A stretch of 64,000 nt of DNA from contig NC_045696.1 in assembly GCF_009834535.1 (NCBI RefSeq), positions 67,644,001 through 67,708,000 of the forward strand, written 5' to 3'. Made by a program: the position numbers and the translations under genes. Of this stretch, positions 12,800 to 25,378 are shown one piece after another; positions within the stretch are counted from its first letter, which is position 1, and every line of letters starts with the position of its first letter. Origin of the DNA: Camelus ferus (Eukaryota). The notes below the pieces were generated by a model. The model had not been told where the DNA came from. It worked only from the letters and a program-made list of their open reading frames with translations, and made no database searches.

Positions 12800-12945
12800 G
12801 TCTAGCCAGTGGTGTGGTTACATGCTTGTGGCACATTATGCGAACTCTTGAGTGTTTGCTTCATTAGTCGTGTCCAGACTTCTACAACATGGACCCAGCA
12901 CCTGACCTAGAGAAGGCAAACGGTGAATGTTCATTGAATTGAATT
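12800..12945 (+). mobile_element. L2 3' fragment
   Basis: 'cccagcacctgacctagagaaggc...tgaatgttcattgaattgaattg' tail. Confidence 0.5.
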
Positions 12946-14249
12946 GTGTTCAACTATTGAATATCAATACCACATTCCTGTGGTTCTGCAAACTGAACAG
13001 CAAAGAAAGAGGCCCTGGCTAAGTTTGAACATCTTTTTTACCCTCTAGCATGTTCTCAATGGTATATAGCGAAAACTAGCAAAAGGGAAATTTTGTTTTC
13101 CTTGCAATGCTGTATAATTTTGGTCTCATATTAACATGCCTCAGGGAATAAAATATGCATTTACATAAAATTTTTGGTAATGGCATCTTGAAAAGTAATT
13201 AAGTGAAACAACAGATTCTATCCGCTGAGGGCTTTGTTTCCAATGCTAGGTGTGTGACAATGTACTCAAAAAAGACCTGGACAGCTGCTCCCCCAGACAG
13301 TCTATCCATGAGCCCCAGTGAAGGACCTGGCTCCCCGATGACTTCAGGAATACAGAATTATCCTAGGTATATCCAAGAACCTGGCAGGCATTAGACCCAC
13401 TGACCTAACTCCATGGGCAAGGTCAACATGTATGTTCCGTAATGTAAGAAGGCATATTTCCTTCTTCTTCTCTGGCAGCTTTCTCTCCCCAAAAAAGTTC
13501 GAGAGAGAATTTAGCAACTGAGAACCTGGAGAAGACTTCAGAAGCTGTCTAGGTTCCTGGTTCTCCATTTATTGCCCCCAGAGACTGGTGTGCCCACGAT
13601 ACCTGTATAATAAAGCTTCAGGTTGATTTCAAATTGTAAAAAGCCTAAATATATACAAACATTTATCTGGAGTTAGACTGTTAATTGATAGATTATCAAC
13701 TCAGTGTAGTAGTGACATTGGTTACATTGCTCTACACAGTTCTGATTGGTTGATGTGTATGTGCTCAGAATAGAAAAACTGGAAAAAGGAACGCACATTT
13801 CCTTAATAAATGCAGTTTGTGGACAGAGTCTTCAGCACGAGGGGTCCTAATTCCAAAAGGAAAACGAGGTCCTTGTGTTGATAAGAACTAGCCTGAGATT
13901 AAAATGACACAAAAACGCAGATTTCCTGACTTTGGAGCTTAACTGCACGATAGCTGATACCTCTGACTGGATGGTCCCTGCAGGGATGTTACTGTGTCTG
14001 CTTATATTTTACGTGTAATGTCTTTGCATCTATAGAATAAGACTTCTTAATCCCCCCACCACACACACTGCTTGCTTATTGGCTTACTTGCTGTAAACAT
14101 ATAGACGAGAAACACACAAACACTGTCCTCCCTACCCCCTAAAGTGACTGTGATTTCCTAACCGACCATTCATTCGTTTTCATCAACTTATGTTAAGAAA
14201 TTTCAAGGGTTTTGCCCTCAGTTTGGGCCTTGTGCCTTTCTGTCAGATT

Positions 14250-15530
14250 AGGAAATAATCTGACTGCACCACCAAAAACCCAAGCGGGCAAGGCAGATGG
14301 ACAAAAAGCAGCAGTTTGACACTCTGTTTCCCTAGGAAACCAGGCAAAAAGCAGGATTTTGACCAAATATAGAACTGGCAGTCAAAATGTGGAAATAGAA
14401 ACTTCGAGTCATGGACGAGTGGGAAACCCCGACAGCCCATCTCTGCAAACCCCACACAGGAGGCGCAGTCACAGCGGAGGCGTGTTTCACTGGGCGAAGC
14501 CAGCAAGCTCGGAGGACGTGCACTTCCACAGCAGTAATTCCGGAAAGAGGAGCACACTTGGGGCTCCAGCGAGTCTCCTGAGTCATTTATGAGAAAGGAA
14601 AAGGGACCGAGCAGCCCAAGTGCGTGGACTGCAGCCTGACTCACGGGCAAGTGGGGAATCAGACTCCTGAATGTGTGCAGACACCCTTTCACCCCTTTCT
14701 GTCTGAGTGAACAAGAAAAGAGGCCTGGGGAGGTCGTGGGCTACCCACTGCCACTGCCACAGAGTCTGTGACAATGCGAGACTCAAGAGCTCCTTTGTAT
14801 GGTTTTACTGACTCATCTCTCCCCGCATGGGCTTCGGTACAAGCGATGCTTGTTTTCTCTCGCACTTTAATGCAGGCGTCTGTATCACTGTATACCTTCC
14901 TCCCCTTTGTAGTCAGCCTGATCTAAGATAAAAGAAAACAGAGCAGTGCCTGAGAATAGAAAGTGACTGTTGCTACGCCTCAGTTTTGCTGCCAAGTGTT
15001 TCCATTTCCTTCCACGCGTTAGGGCCCTGAGGGGTGTCCTCTCCCGGCTGATGTGTACGCACCAAATCTGTCTGCATGGAGAGGGGGAGACGGCGTGTGG
15101 TGCCTGGCTTCGGTTTCAGTAAAAAATGGTATTTCACTTGGATCTCACGGTGATTGTTGACATCCCTGGGACACTCAGTACAATTCAGTAATTTGTGTGG
15201 ATATTTACTCTGTTTGCCAATGTGAACATAAACTTTTGACAACAGCCCAGCCTGGTGCCACTCCTGAACTGCCGGCTGTTGCACTCCCCACTAGCCCTCT
15301 GCACTTGGCAAATGGATCATAACAACTCTGCTGCGTGTCGCGTGGCCTTGGCCTGACCAAGCAGCGGCCCTGAGGGACACTGGGATGGTCGGGGCAGGGA
15401 GGGCCTGTAAGAGGGAGTAACAAGAGACTGGAAAAGCACAAGCTGCGAGCTGCATTGTGTGTGTGCACGCGCGCGCACTGACACATATGCTAATAAAGGC
15501 AAGAGGATGGGAAAGAAAGGCCTTTCCTCC
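14250..15530. promoter_or_regulatory. Repeat-free, CpG-retaining putative enhancer with three perfect AP-1 sites
   Basis: TGA(G/C)TCA at 14579-14585, 14637-14643 and 14809-14815; more CpG than the flanks; no recognisable TE. Confidence 0.45.
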
Positions 15531-15689
15531 TAAAAATCACACAATCTGTGTTATCATTGGATCGGAAAGTCAGTGATTTCTTGTGTACGCATCATGCATT
15601 TAAATTTGGAAACAAATTTTCCTCGTGTGACATTTCTTGCTTTGCTACTAATATAGCAGATTCCCAGAAGACAGAAAGAAAAGAATATG

Positions 15690-15850
15690 GAAACAGAAAA
15701 TCTGAGCTCAAGCCTTGGTTTTGCCAATAACAAGCCAGGCAACCTTGGGAGGTCGCAAAGCCTCAGTTTTGCTATCTGCAAAATAGGAAGACATAGCCTG
15801 GTGTTGTATTCGCCCCACAAAGTTGTGACGAAGACCAGAGGTGATTATCT
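15690..15850 (+). mobile_element. MIR SINE
   Basis: 'caaccttgggaggtcgcaaagcctcagttttgctatctgcaaaatagg'. Confidence 0.7.
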
Positions 15851-15970
15851 TCATTCACTCATCTAACAAATGTTTATTGACTTCCCCCTCTTTGTCAGGT
15901 GCTATGCAAGGAGCTGGGGATACAGTCATAAATGCAACAATGTCCTTGCCCTCAGAGAGCTTTTGTTTAC
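15851..15970 (-). mobile_element. L2 3' end
   Basis: 'tcattcactcatctaacaaatgtttattga...gctggggatacagt...tccttgccctcagagagctt'. Confidence 0.75.
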
Positions 15971-16214
15971 CTGTGTGCACAATGCGTGCGTGCGGGTGAG
16001 AGAGAGAGAGGGAGACAGGAGCAATATACACACTCGTTAAAAAGACACATGTGCAGATAGACACTATACACCCATGCACACAATATCAGCAAAGTGACAG
16101 ATGCTATGGAAATACATGCCGAACAAACTAAATGGTAAAATGGCATACAAAAGCGTTATTTAGCACTATTGCATTAGAACCCTAGCTGTAAGCTTTCTGT
16201 ACTTGTAATGCATC

Positions 16215-16580
16215 CTTTCTTTCCTCTCTCCCTCCTTCCTTCTTTCCTTCCTTCCACAACTATTAGTTAAAAGTGTACTTTGAGAATTGCATTGGGGTGC
16301 AGGTTCATAAGGGAAGCGGATACATTAGAAGCAGCTCCTGCCTTCAGGAAGCTTGCAGAGGGCACGGAGAGAAGGCATTGCATTGGTTACCGCCATCCTA
16401 GGTACATGGTGATAAAAGCCGTCACAGAGAAGAGGAGGGCAAATGCCACGGAGGTTCCCCACAGAGAGGTCATTTCCACTTGGGAGGGAAACCGCTCAGT
16501 AAGCAGCTCCCGGAGGTGAGGGGGAGGCAAAGCCTGGGGTGGGAGGGCTGTCCCAGGCAGAACGGAAGGGGGAAGCAGTA
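16215..16580 (-). mobile_element. L2 fragment with degenerate (TTCC)n tail
   Basis: 'cctgccttcaggaagcttgcag...gataaaagccgtcacagag...tcccaggcagaacggaag'. Confidence 0.5.
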
Positions 16581-18075
16581 GGAGCATGTCCTAACGTGGA
16601 CTTGGGACCCGGACTGGCTCCCAGTAACTAAAAGGGAAATGAACCTGGGAGGACGGCGTGGGTATCCGCCAGCCCCAGCGTGGACCATCAGCCCGCGTAA
16701 TGTTCTCAGCTCCACTTGCCCTGCAACTGAAAGTCCTCGCTTCTGCTGGAGAACTTAGTTCTGCAGCCTCCAAGTTCTGGTCTTAACCAGAGTGAAATGA
16801 GATCTGTGTCTCATAATGAGCCTTCCCCAGTTGCAAAGTTTTTGGTAACCCTTATCCTTTTCAGTAACAAAGGCACAACGGCCCTTTCAAAGATGACTTC
16901 GAAGTTAAGTGACAAGTAAAGGCATCTTCTTCTCTTGGGTCGGCACCTCTATTTACTTCCTAAAGACAGACTTTCAGGAAAGCCGAGGCCTTTCCTATAA
17001 ATTTAAGCAAATGATTCTCTTTTTTTCCCTTGTAGCTGTTTGAGCCTGAAGGCATCACTGTCATTTTCCGCTGATTTGGGGAGAAGGCCGGGTAGTAAAG
17101 TAAGAAAGTGTTCTTCCATTACTGTAACATGAAGTTAGAGAAGTTATGCTTTTTGGCTTTATTTCAAACACCCTTCTTATTACGAAGGGTGTGAACTGGA
17201 AATAAAGATGTCTTCTTTCATTTGAAAGATTGTGAGCATTCTTGCTTGATAGTCCAAATAAATGGCTGAAAGCTGCCAACAGTATGTGGCTTCAGATCAG
17301 CTTGTTCTTAAAGCCACAGCGAACTGAGACAATCAGCAGTGATTCAATTTAGAGACACTCCTCTAATTGTTAGGATCTAAGAACAAAACCTGAGCAGAGG
17401 GTAGGAAAGCATATTGTCAGAGCCCACAACTCCCATTTCCTTGAGAGATGGAAGAGGAAGGAAAAAGACGGTGATGATGAAGGAGGGGGAGCCTCAGCTC
17501 TGTGTTTGTAAAACAGCGATTAAAAAAAAAAAAATAAAGCCAGAATAATTCTTCGCTCTGATGGATGCTCCTTCGGGAGCAATAAGCATTCAGTGCTCAT
17601 TGGCTCATATTCACCAACAATTTTAATGACCATTTTGCCGCTGCTTCCTCATACCAGAGGAGATTAGAACCAATAAACATTAGAAGGTGGTGGGAAAGAC
17701 TGTGAGAGGCAGCGCAGTGACAGCAGAAATGGCAGCTGACAGCCTGAGGGGACAGGAGAGAGGGATTACTGCGTTCCAGCAGAGCACAACAATAGATGGT
17801 CAGGACGGTGACCTTGACTCATCAAGAGGTTTCAAATGCTTCGCATGGCCTCTATGGAAGGACAGAAATAGGAAATGCATTTTAATAAAAAAGGTTTTCA
17901 AAATAAGCCATTACAATTGCTTACTATTATTATTATTATTATTAATTTTGTCTCTGATGGAAGAGAAAGCTTAAGCTTAAAAGTGTAAGGTACATAGTGA
18001 CTTTACAGAGCACATATAGAACACATTTGTGAGTACATACAAATTCACCAATTCCCCATTGAGGCTAAATATATT

Positions 18076-18124
18076 TCTCTCTCTCTCTCTCTCTCTCTCT
18101 GTCACACACACACACACACACACA
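18076..18124. repeat. Compound (TC)~12-(CA)~11 microsatellite
   Basis: Read directly from the sequence. Confidence 0.95.
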
Positions 18125-18339
18125 CCAGTATTAAAAGTCGTGGCAAACTAAAGTAAGATAATGACAAAGACAGAAATGCTCTTTGCTTGGCTAGAGTAGA
18201 TGTAGGAATAGCCTTGATATTAAAAACAGGTGAAAGAACACAATCTTAGAGAAAGGGGCTCCCATTATAGTCCTGATAGTTAAAAAAAAAATTAAAGTGA
18301 ACTTTCGCATCGATTTTCAGGATTTACAACCACACCTGT

Positions 18340-18760
18340 GTCACATCTGCATTTTCTTCTAACCACCGTGTGAGCTGGGCCTTCCAGTGAGATCCGTTTC
18401 CCACCTAGCTGTCAGAGGTGTCTGCGCAGCTAGTCATTGGCTCCAGTCACAAGGCTTCTGGGTGACGGGAGTCCAGGTCAGTGAGTTCCCACCGCACACC
18501 TTCCTCTGGCCAGCACTGCTCCTCCCTTGCTCAGGGGCCTCTCTACCGCAGATCCCCCAAAGCTCCTCTTGCTACCCTATTAGGGGTTGTCTGTTCAATG
18601 ACAACCACTTCACACATTTTCTCATTCAATCTTCCCAACCAGTCTGGGAAGCAGATTATTAACCCCTATTCCTCACACGAGGGAACAGCTCTCAGAAAGG
18701 TCAAGTCACCTAACTAGGCCAGCAGATTTGTAATCTCACGGCACTCAGGTAAGCCTGGCC
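18340..18760 (-). mobile_element. Two tandem MIR SINEs (about 18340-18480 and 18605-18760)
   Basis: 'ctcattcaatcttcccaacc...gattattaacccc...gagggaacagctctcagaaaggtcaagtcacc'. Confidence 0.55.
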
Positions 18761-18829
18761 TTCTTTCTGTGCATCTTTTTCTTCCTTCCTACAAAATTCA
18801 GGGTATCCGTTACTTAATAATCTTTTTCC

Positions 18830-19040
18830 TTATAAGGGCAAGTTTGAAGTTTTATTTATCTGTATATTTCTCATCATATCGGGTACATGGGACATAGTGG
18901 GTGCACCAAAAAGGTGAACTGAATATATGTTTTTGCATAATGGAAAAAGTATAAAGTTGGGATCAGAGAGATTTAGGCTTTATAGCTCTTCTCTGCTATT
19001 TTGAGCTATGTGTCCTTGGGAAAGTCTTCACAAGCCTCAG
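18830..19040 (+). mobile_element. L2 3' fragment followed by MIR fragment
   Basis: 'acatagtgggtgcacc...tgaactgaat' then 'gagctatgtgtccttgggaaagtc...agcctcag'. Confidence 0.5.
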
Positions 19041-20249
19041 GAGTTCTCTGCTAACTGCTGATGCAGAGCTATATGACATGTTCTGAACCCAGGAGATAAT
19101 CAATACTTTCTTGGTCAAGCTACAGTCCAATAGATCTCCCCATATTCTGTTGGGTGACCCATTCAGAATATTTTAGAAATAGTTTAACAAAATGCTTAGC
19201 CCATTAAATAGATCTGAGCTATATGTCGCTACACCAAATGTAATGTTCCTCAAGGGAAGAAGGGATTGATTTGTTTTAGTAACATTTAAGCATCCTCATC
19301 TGCTCATTCATTCCTTTTTCCACTCATTCATTCAGAATTGAAGGAAACTTGATGTAAGACAGCACCGTGATGGAAACGGAGGCTCCAAAAAAGAAGGACT
19401 TGGGCTGATACTGAAACAGAAGCTAGAAAGATGAGATAAGAGTTATAAAGAAAGAAGTACTATTTCTGGGAACTTTCCAAATAGCTTTTTATCTTCCATT
19501 TGGTTGGGTAAATAAAGAAATACTAGAGAGCATGGTTAAGGGTTTGGTAATTTCCCATGTAAATTAGAAGAGGCATGACCACACAGGGCCATATCTTGTT
19601 TCAGAGTATTAGAGTCCTCCATCATTTCCAAATTGTCTAGTCCCTGTCTTCTAGCAAATTACACCAGGGGGTCACCTCGCTCTGGGGGAGGTGAAGGAGG
19701 CAGGTCTGATATGGACACATCCTTCTTTTGGCCAGTATGGTTCCTGGTCCGGTTCCAGAACATTCTTCTAGCTCAAGAGTGGCCCTGTAAGATCGTGGCT
19801 TCATTTTAAGGCTCCTAAGATCATGATGTTTTTAAACTGAATTCACTAGAATGAAAGTAACAGAGAAACTGAGAGAATGATCTCCCCACCCCACTTCCCA
19901 GCAGGAGAAGTTATGATACACCATCTGAGGCACAGCAACAGAAAGACTGAAAAACGGCCCTCAGAGAAACTCATCTTCACATAATGCAGCTGGATTCAGC
20001 AAGCATGTATCACTAATTTTCAACCTTATCCAATTTCTTTTTAAAACAGAGCCAAGGGACATCTCCTTTGAAGAGATACCAGAAACTGAGGGGCACATTT
20101 ATGACCAACACAAAGCCACAGATAAATCAACTCTTAAATAAAAATACCTTCAATGATTTTGAAGATGCTGAAAAAAGCCACTTTCACTTAGTAACTATTC
20201 TAAAGAGAATGAATGATGAAGAAAAAAGTGGTGGGTTCTAAAAATAACA

Positions 20250-20790
20250 TGCTTGCATTCATTATCTATCATTGTACAACAATAAAAACTTAGTGGAGTG
20301 AAACAACATACATTTATTATCTCAGTTTCTGTGGGTCCTGAGTACCATCCTGGCTTAGCCGGCTCCTCTGCCTCAAGGCTGCAAGCAAGCTGTCCGCCTG
20401 GGCTGTGGTCTCACCACTAGATTCAGCTGAGGAAGGGTCTGCTGTCAGGTTTACATGGTTGCTGGCTACAGGCTGCTGGACCGAAAGCTTCAGTTTCTTT
20501 TAGCTCCTGGCTGCCCTGAACTCCCTGCCACGTGGCCCTTTCCATATGGCAGCTCACAACATGGCAGCTTGTTTCTTCAAAGCCACCAAGGGAGAGAGTC
20601 TTCTCATAGGACAGATGTTACAGGCTTGTGAAACATACTCCTGTATGAATAATCTTGTACACGCCATTACCTTTGCTTTATTCTGTTGCTAAGTCACAGG
20701 TCTTGTCCACTCTCAAGGGCAGTGACAAACACAAAGGTGTGAACACCAGGACGTGGAGGTAATTAGGAGCCACCTTAGGGTCTGCATGCC
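20250..20790 (-). mobile_element. MLT1 (MLT1F-like) ERVL-MaLR solo LTR
   Basis: 'cttagtggagtgaaacaacatacatttattatctcagtttctgtggg...cacaacatggcagcttgtttcttcaaagcc...ggtgtgaacaccagga'. Confidence 0.85.
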
Positions 20791-21508
20791 TTCATGACTT
20801 TCCCCGCCTTCTGCGTAAGCATTTGGCCATGAGGTCGCAGTGGTCTTAAATTCAACAGAGGTGCTTTCACTTTCTAACTGAGAAGAAACTGATGGTATTT
20901 CTAAAGATTTTATCCTGTCATGATTTGTCTGATACAGAACAGGTATTTTTTTCCCTCTGTTAAGCACAAAGACACACGATAAAGAATGGAGAAAATATTT
21001 TTGTTGTTGTTTTTGTTTCAAATGCTTCACAGTATAACCTCTGGGCAGAGTCAGAAAACTCAAGGGTTTTGAAAGATGTATTAACTCTGTTTTGAAGTCC
21101 AGTTCTGGACTCAACTTCAGTGCTAATGGCCAGTCCTGTACCCACTTCAAATCACCTAAGAGATGGGAAACACCAGGTAGATGAGTGAAAACAATTGAGA
21201 GTTGGTACAACCTGCCCTTGGGATAAAGTGTAGCTGTTTCAACAACGTGGTGTATCCTCTCAAAAAGTATAAGGCAGGATTTTATCTAGAGCATTCCACG
21301 AATAGGCAAAAATTCAAAGACTGGATTCCATCCAAATATCGTAGTGACTGCTATCTACTTTTTCTCCAACATGTTGCCTTTTTTAATGCTTTCCTCTTAA
21401 AAATATTATCTTTTTGTCCAGTCTATCTCAAATTCTGAATTAGAGATGAGTAATCTTTCGCTCCTAGTATGCTTTCTCTTTAACAAAAAAAGGAGATTTC
21501 AATCATCG

Positions 21509-21594
21509 AAACTTAAATCTGGCTTCCAATGTAAAAGAGAAGAACATACCAAAACTTAAAACTGGCTTCTACTGTAAGAAAGAGGAACACAGCA
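21509..21594. repeat. Diverged 43-bp tandem duplication (2 copies)
   Basis: 21509-21551 versus 21552-21594 match at 35 of 43 positions by manual alignment. Confidence 0.85.
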
Positions 21595-21799
21595 GCAGAG
21601 ACAATACTGTAAAAGAAGGAAAACTGAAAATTAAGAATTTTGAAAGCATGATTACAGACTGTTTTCTTATAACAAGATCAACCTTTTACATTTTTGAGGA
21701 GAAAGAGCACAATTCTTTGATGTAGACTTTAATATATGCCATGTAATGCAACGGGCCATCAAAGCACATTAAGAAATTTAAAATTATTAAATGCTAGAT

Positions 21800-21975
21800 A
21801 GAGCTGAAATAAGAGTTTATGATCATCTAGCCTAATCCTTACAATTCCAGGAGGACACTGGGGAGCTGAGAGGTTATATAACTTGCCTAAGACTACAAAG
21901 TAACTTGATGGTAGAGCTGGAGCTAAAATTAGTACGCTTGGCTTCTAGACTTAACAGACTTTGCCGCCGCCACTT
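21800..21975 (-). mobile_element. MIR/MIR3 SINE
   Basis: 'gatcatctagcctaatcc...gaggacactgg...gagaggttatataacttgcctaagact...ggtagagctgg'. Confidence 0.65.
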
Positions 21976-22065
21976 TGTGATGTATTGTCCTTCATACACA
22001 AACATACATACATAACGCAGGAAACAGAGACTTAAAGATATTTCTCCAGTTTGCTTGTGCTAGTC

Positions 22066-22136
22066 AGTCTCTCTCTTTCTCCCGCTCCCCCTTTCTTCCT
22101 TCCTTCCCTCCTTCCCTTCCTATCTTCCTTCCTTTC
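22066..22136. repeat. CT-rich/(CTTC)n low-complexity tract
   Basis: Read directly from the sequence. Confidence 0.8.
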
Positions 22137-22669
22137 CACCTGTGTTTTTATGTCAACTTTTTGAACAGGTAAGGAAGTCAAATGATGGAAATGGAGATCC
22201 AGGGTACCTTTTTAGATCTCACTATTCCTCAAGACTGGTTAATACCCACCTTCTCCGTACACCCAGCCAAGAGCGACCTGACACACTGCCTCCTGACTAT
22301 AAATGAACCCAATCAGTACCAGTTAAGTTATTTAATTGTTTCAGGACTCCCATTTGTTAATCTACCATCCAGAGGGGCTATTTTTTCTTATTTTATATTA
22401 TACAAAATAACTAAGTCTAACACAAAGCATGTAGAATTGCTTTAAAATTTCTTGATTATTCTGATGCCCTCATGATCCATAATTATTTTAAACAAAATCA
22501 GAATGGCACCAAAATGGCCATTGTGCCAATGACTTACACAACACAACACTAATACTTCACTTACACATCTCTAGTTGCTAAAGCAGGATTCATGCTCTGG
22601 AATGATAAATGTTGGAGTAATAAACATGCCATAACCTCTGAAGGCTCCATCTTGGTCTTCTGTGTGGTT

Positions 22670-22912
22670 TTCTGTGGTGTGAAAAGAGCATGGACCTGGA
22701 AGTCAAAGATGTCTGGATTCATAGCTTACCTTAGACATGTATCCTCAGGCAAAATATTTAATATCTCCGGGCTGCAGATTCCACATAGCAATGTGAAATT
22801 GCAGTGTGAAATAACCCAGGCTTAACAGGGTCACCATGAAGATTAAATAAGAAACTGTATAAGAAGAAGCCTACTGCAATGTCTGCTGCAAACTAGGTGC
22901 TCATATGTTAGC
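22670..22912 (+). mobile_element. MIR SINE, near full length
   Basis: 'tgtggtgtgaaaagagcatggacctggaagtca...tgaagattaaataaga...taggtgctca'. Confidence 0.8.
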
Positions 22913-24927
22913 TTCCCTTCCTTATCTTCACTGAGACTGTGGCATCAAGTTAACTCAGAATTTGGGCACAGAACTATCAACAAAACCAAGTGAGGTTTAC
23001 AAAAAGTTTCCTAACCTAAATCACATTGTGGTAAGCTAAAAGACGTAAATGCATTACTGTGTCTCCAGGCAGGACAGAAAAGAAGGAGAAAAGCCAAGTC
23101 GTTTCTGCTATAAATGAAAAGTGAGAAGAAAGAAGGGAAAGAAATCAAACATAAAATAGTAAAAAAAAAAAAAATTACCCAAAGCATTCACAAGAAAGAA
23201 AATGGGAAACAAACTGAAGAGTAGTAGTAAGAAAGATTATTAGGAACTTGAAAGTTGGGAAATCCTTTGTGCCAAAATTAAGAGTTCAAAAGCTTCCAGC
23301 TACATTTTTGTAAACCTAGTGTCCCAGAATGGACTCAATGAACCAAAGATGACCGGCTCAGAATGGGATGGTTAAATAAGGAGGGCTGTTAAACTAATTT
23401 AGTAAACCAAGAGTTCAACAGTATATTCCAAAAAGCTGTTGTGTTTGTTATGACATGCCCATGACGATAATGGCTTAGGAATGTTCTTCCTTACACTCCA
23501 CAAGAATGAGATGCAAAAACCCCCAAGGGATATATTTCATCAGTCATCTCCTGGAGAGACTGAATCTTACTCAATCTTCTTTGAAGGCAAGACAAAGAAA
23601 AGGAAAATAATTACAAAAAAAAAAAAAAAAAAAAAAAAGAGGCTCTAATTTTCCTCAAGAGATTGGGTATTGGTCTTCGCCATATTCCAACTTGCCTCTC
23701 TTCAGTCACTCCACCAGTCCCCTCCCCACCTTTTACTCCAGTTTCAGCAGCACACACTAAGCTTTCATTTCCTGTCCTCAATACAAAGCAGCAGCAACAT
23801 GGTCCATTTCTTTGATCCTAGGAGGGGCAAGAAGGAGCACAGAATCCAGAACCACAGCTTCAGAGAGAGCTGGAGTAGTCAAGCTCAATGGGTTAAACTA
23901 ACCCTTAGCTGGTAAGTGACTTCTACCAAATGACTTCTCCCCCATGATGTCTTCAAAGCTTCAGAGACACAGAAAACATCAGTCTAATTATCAATGATAC
24001 TGTTGATCCTAATTTAAGATGAGAAGCTATCATAGGGTGCTATGTCCATTAATTGTACGGGCTGTATACTGTCAATCCATTTTATAAATATTTAATAGTT
24101 TATACAAATGTTGATATGGGTGAACACATCTTTATCTTTGCCGCTATTCTATAGTTGGTTATTGTTTGTGTATTTCCATGTGGAGGGCCCTCAGTCATTC
24201 AAGAGGTGATGTAAACTGACCAAGCTCCCAGGGGCCCTCAGAGTGAAAAGAAGAAAAGAGGGCCTTCCTCATCACAAATTCGCTCAGCTCAAGTTGAATT
24301 CCTGGCTAGCAAAGAGCTTTCTTTCGCTTGGACCTCCACAGGTTGTTCTATTTGTGTCCTTCAGCATACTCTTCCCTTACAGGAAAGTTACTTATATGAT
24401 ATTTCATTTCTTCTATTTGAACAAACAGACCAGGTTGCCTCCATATTAGTGCCCCCAATGGGACTTGAGACAGCTTGGGGATTCTCAGGAAAGGAGTGGT
24501 GAATGGAAGCAAAACCAAAAAAATGAAAAAAAAAGTTCTGTCCTCGGATATAGAATTGATATTATGTAATGAAGTCTACAGTGATTCATACACTGTACCC
24601 ACTCAGTTCCTCCAGCTCCTCTCCTATCAGGGTCCAGACGGTTAGAAGAGAAACCTTGCTATCACCTTGTGGAAGCTCAGGGAGCAGCCCCAGAAGGTAC
24701 TGTCAAAGCAGTGAAGAGAATGAACAAACTTTTGTGTGGAAAGAACAGGTGATTGAAGAGCAGTGAAGGTGTAGAGCTTCAATGTCATGGAGTAGGAGAA
24801 AGGCACTTGCCTGCAGCTCCCGGAGTTGGGGAGGGAGTTGGCAGCAGCAAATAGAAACAAGATGGTGCACGTAAAATCACTCTCCTTTCACCCTACACAG
24901 GCATGCACAATGTGAGAACGGACAAAA

Positions 24928-25133
24928 GATTTCAAAATTGTAGAAGAGATAAACAAGATTATACTGTATAGCACAGGGAAATATATACAAGATCTTGTGG
25001 TAGTTCACAGAGAAAGGAATGTGACAATGAATATATGTATGTTCATGTATAATTGAAAAATTGTGCTCTACACTGGAATTTGACACAACATTGTAAAATG
25101 ATTATAAATCAATAAAAACTGTTACAAAAAAAA
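24928..25133 (+). mobile_element. Young camelid-type L1 3' end (5'-truncated) with polyA
   Basis: 'ataaacaagattatactgtatagcacagggaaatatatacaagatcttgtggtag...gaaaaattgtgctctacactggaatttgacacaacattgtaaaatga...aataaa' matches the recalled camelid L1 3'UTR with little decay. Confidence 0.85.
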
Positions 25134-25231
25134 GGTATTTTTACTAAGGTCTTTTAACTGAATCCATACAATAACAAACAAACAAACACAAATCAACTAA
25201 TCAAAAAAGTTGCAAATATTAAGACAAAATA

Positions 25232-25378
25232 AGAGCCTAGAAGATAATATACCAAACTCAAAAGGGTGAGTCCTGGGGAGGGAAGGGGGCTATGAGTGTC
25301 TCCCACTTTTTCTTTCATGTATTTTTTTGCATTGGTGATTAAAAAAATTATCTTTTATAACAATTTTAAAATTAAAGA
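25232..25378 (+). mobile_element. Ancient L1 (L1ME-like) 3' fragment
   Basis: 'cctagaagataatataccaaactc...ctggggagggaag' followed by a T-rich tract. Confidence 0.5.

Noticed and set aside
20713..21210. Longest ORF (165 aa, minus strand)
   Set aside because: Non-ATG start, runs into the MLT1 LTR, and has no recognisable protein features
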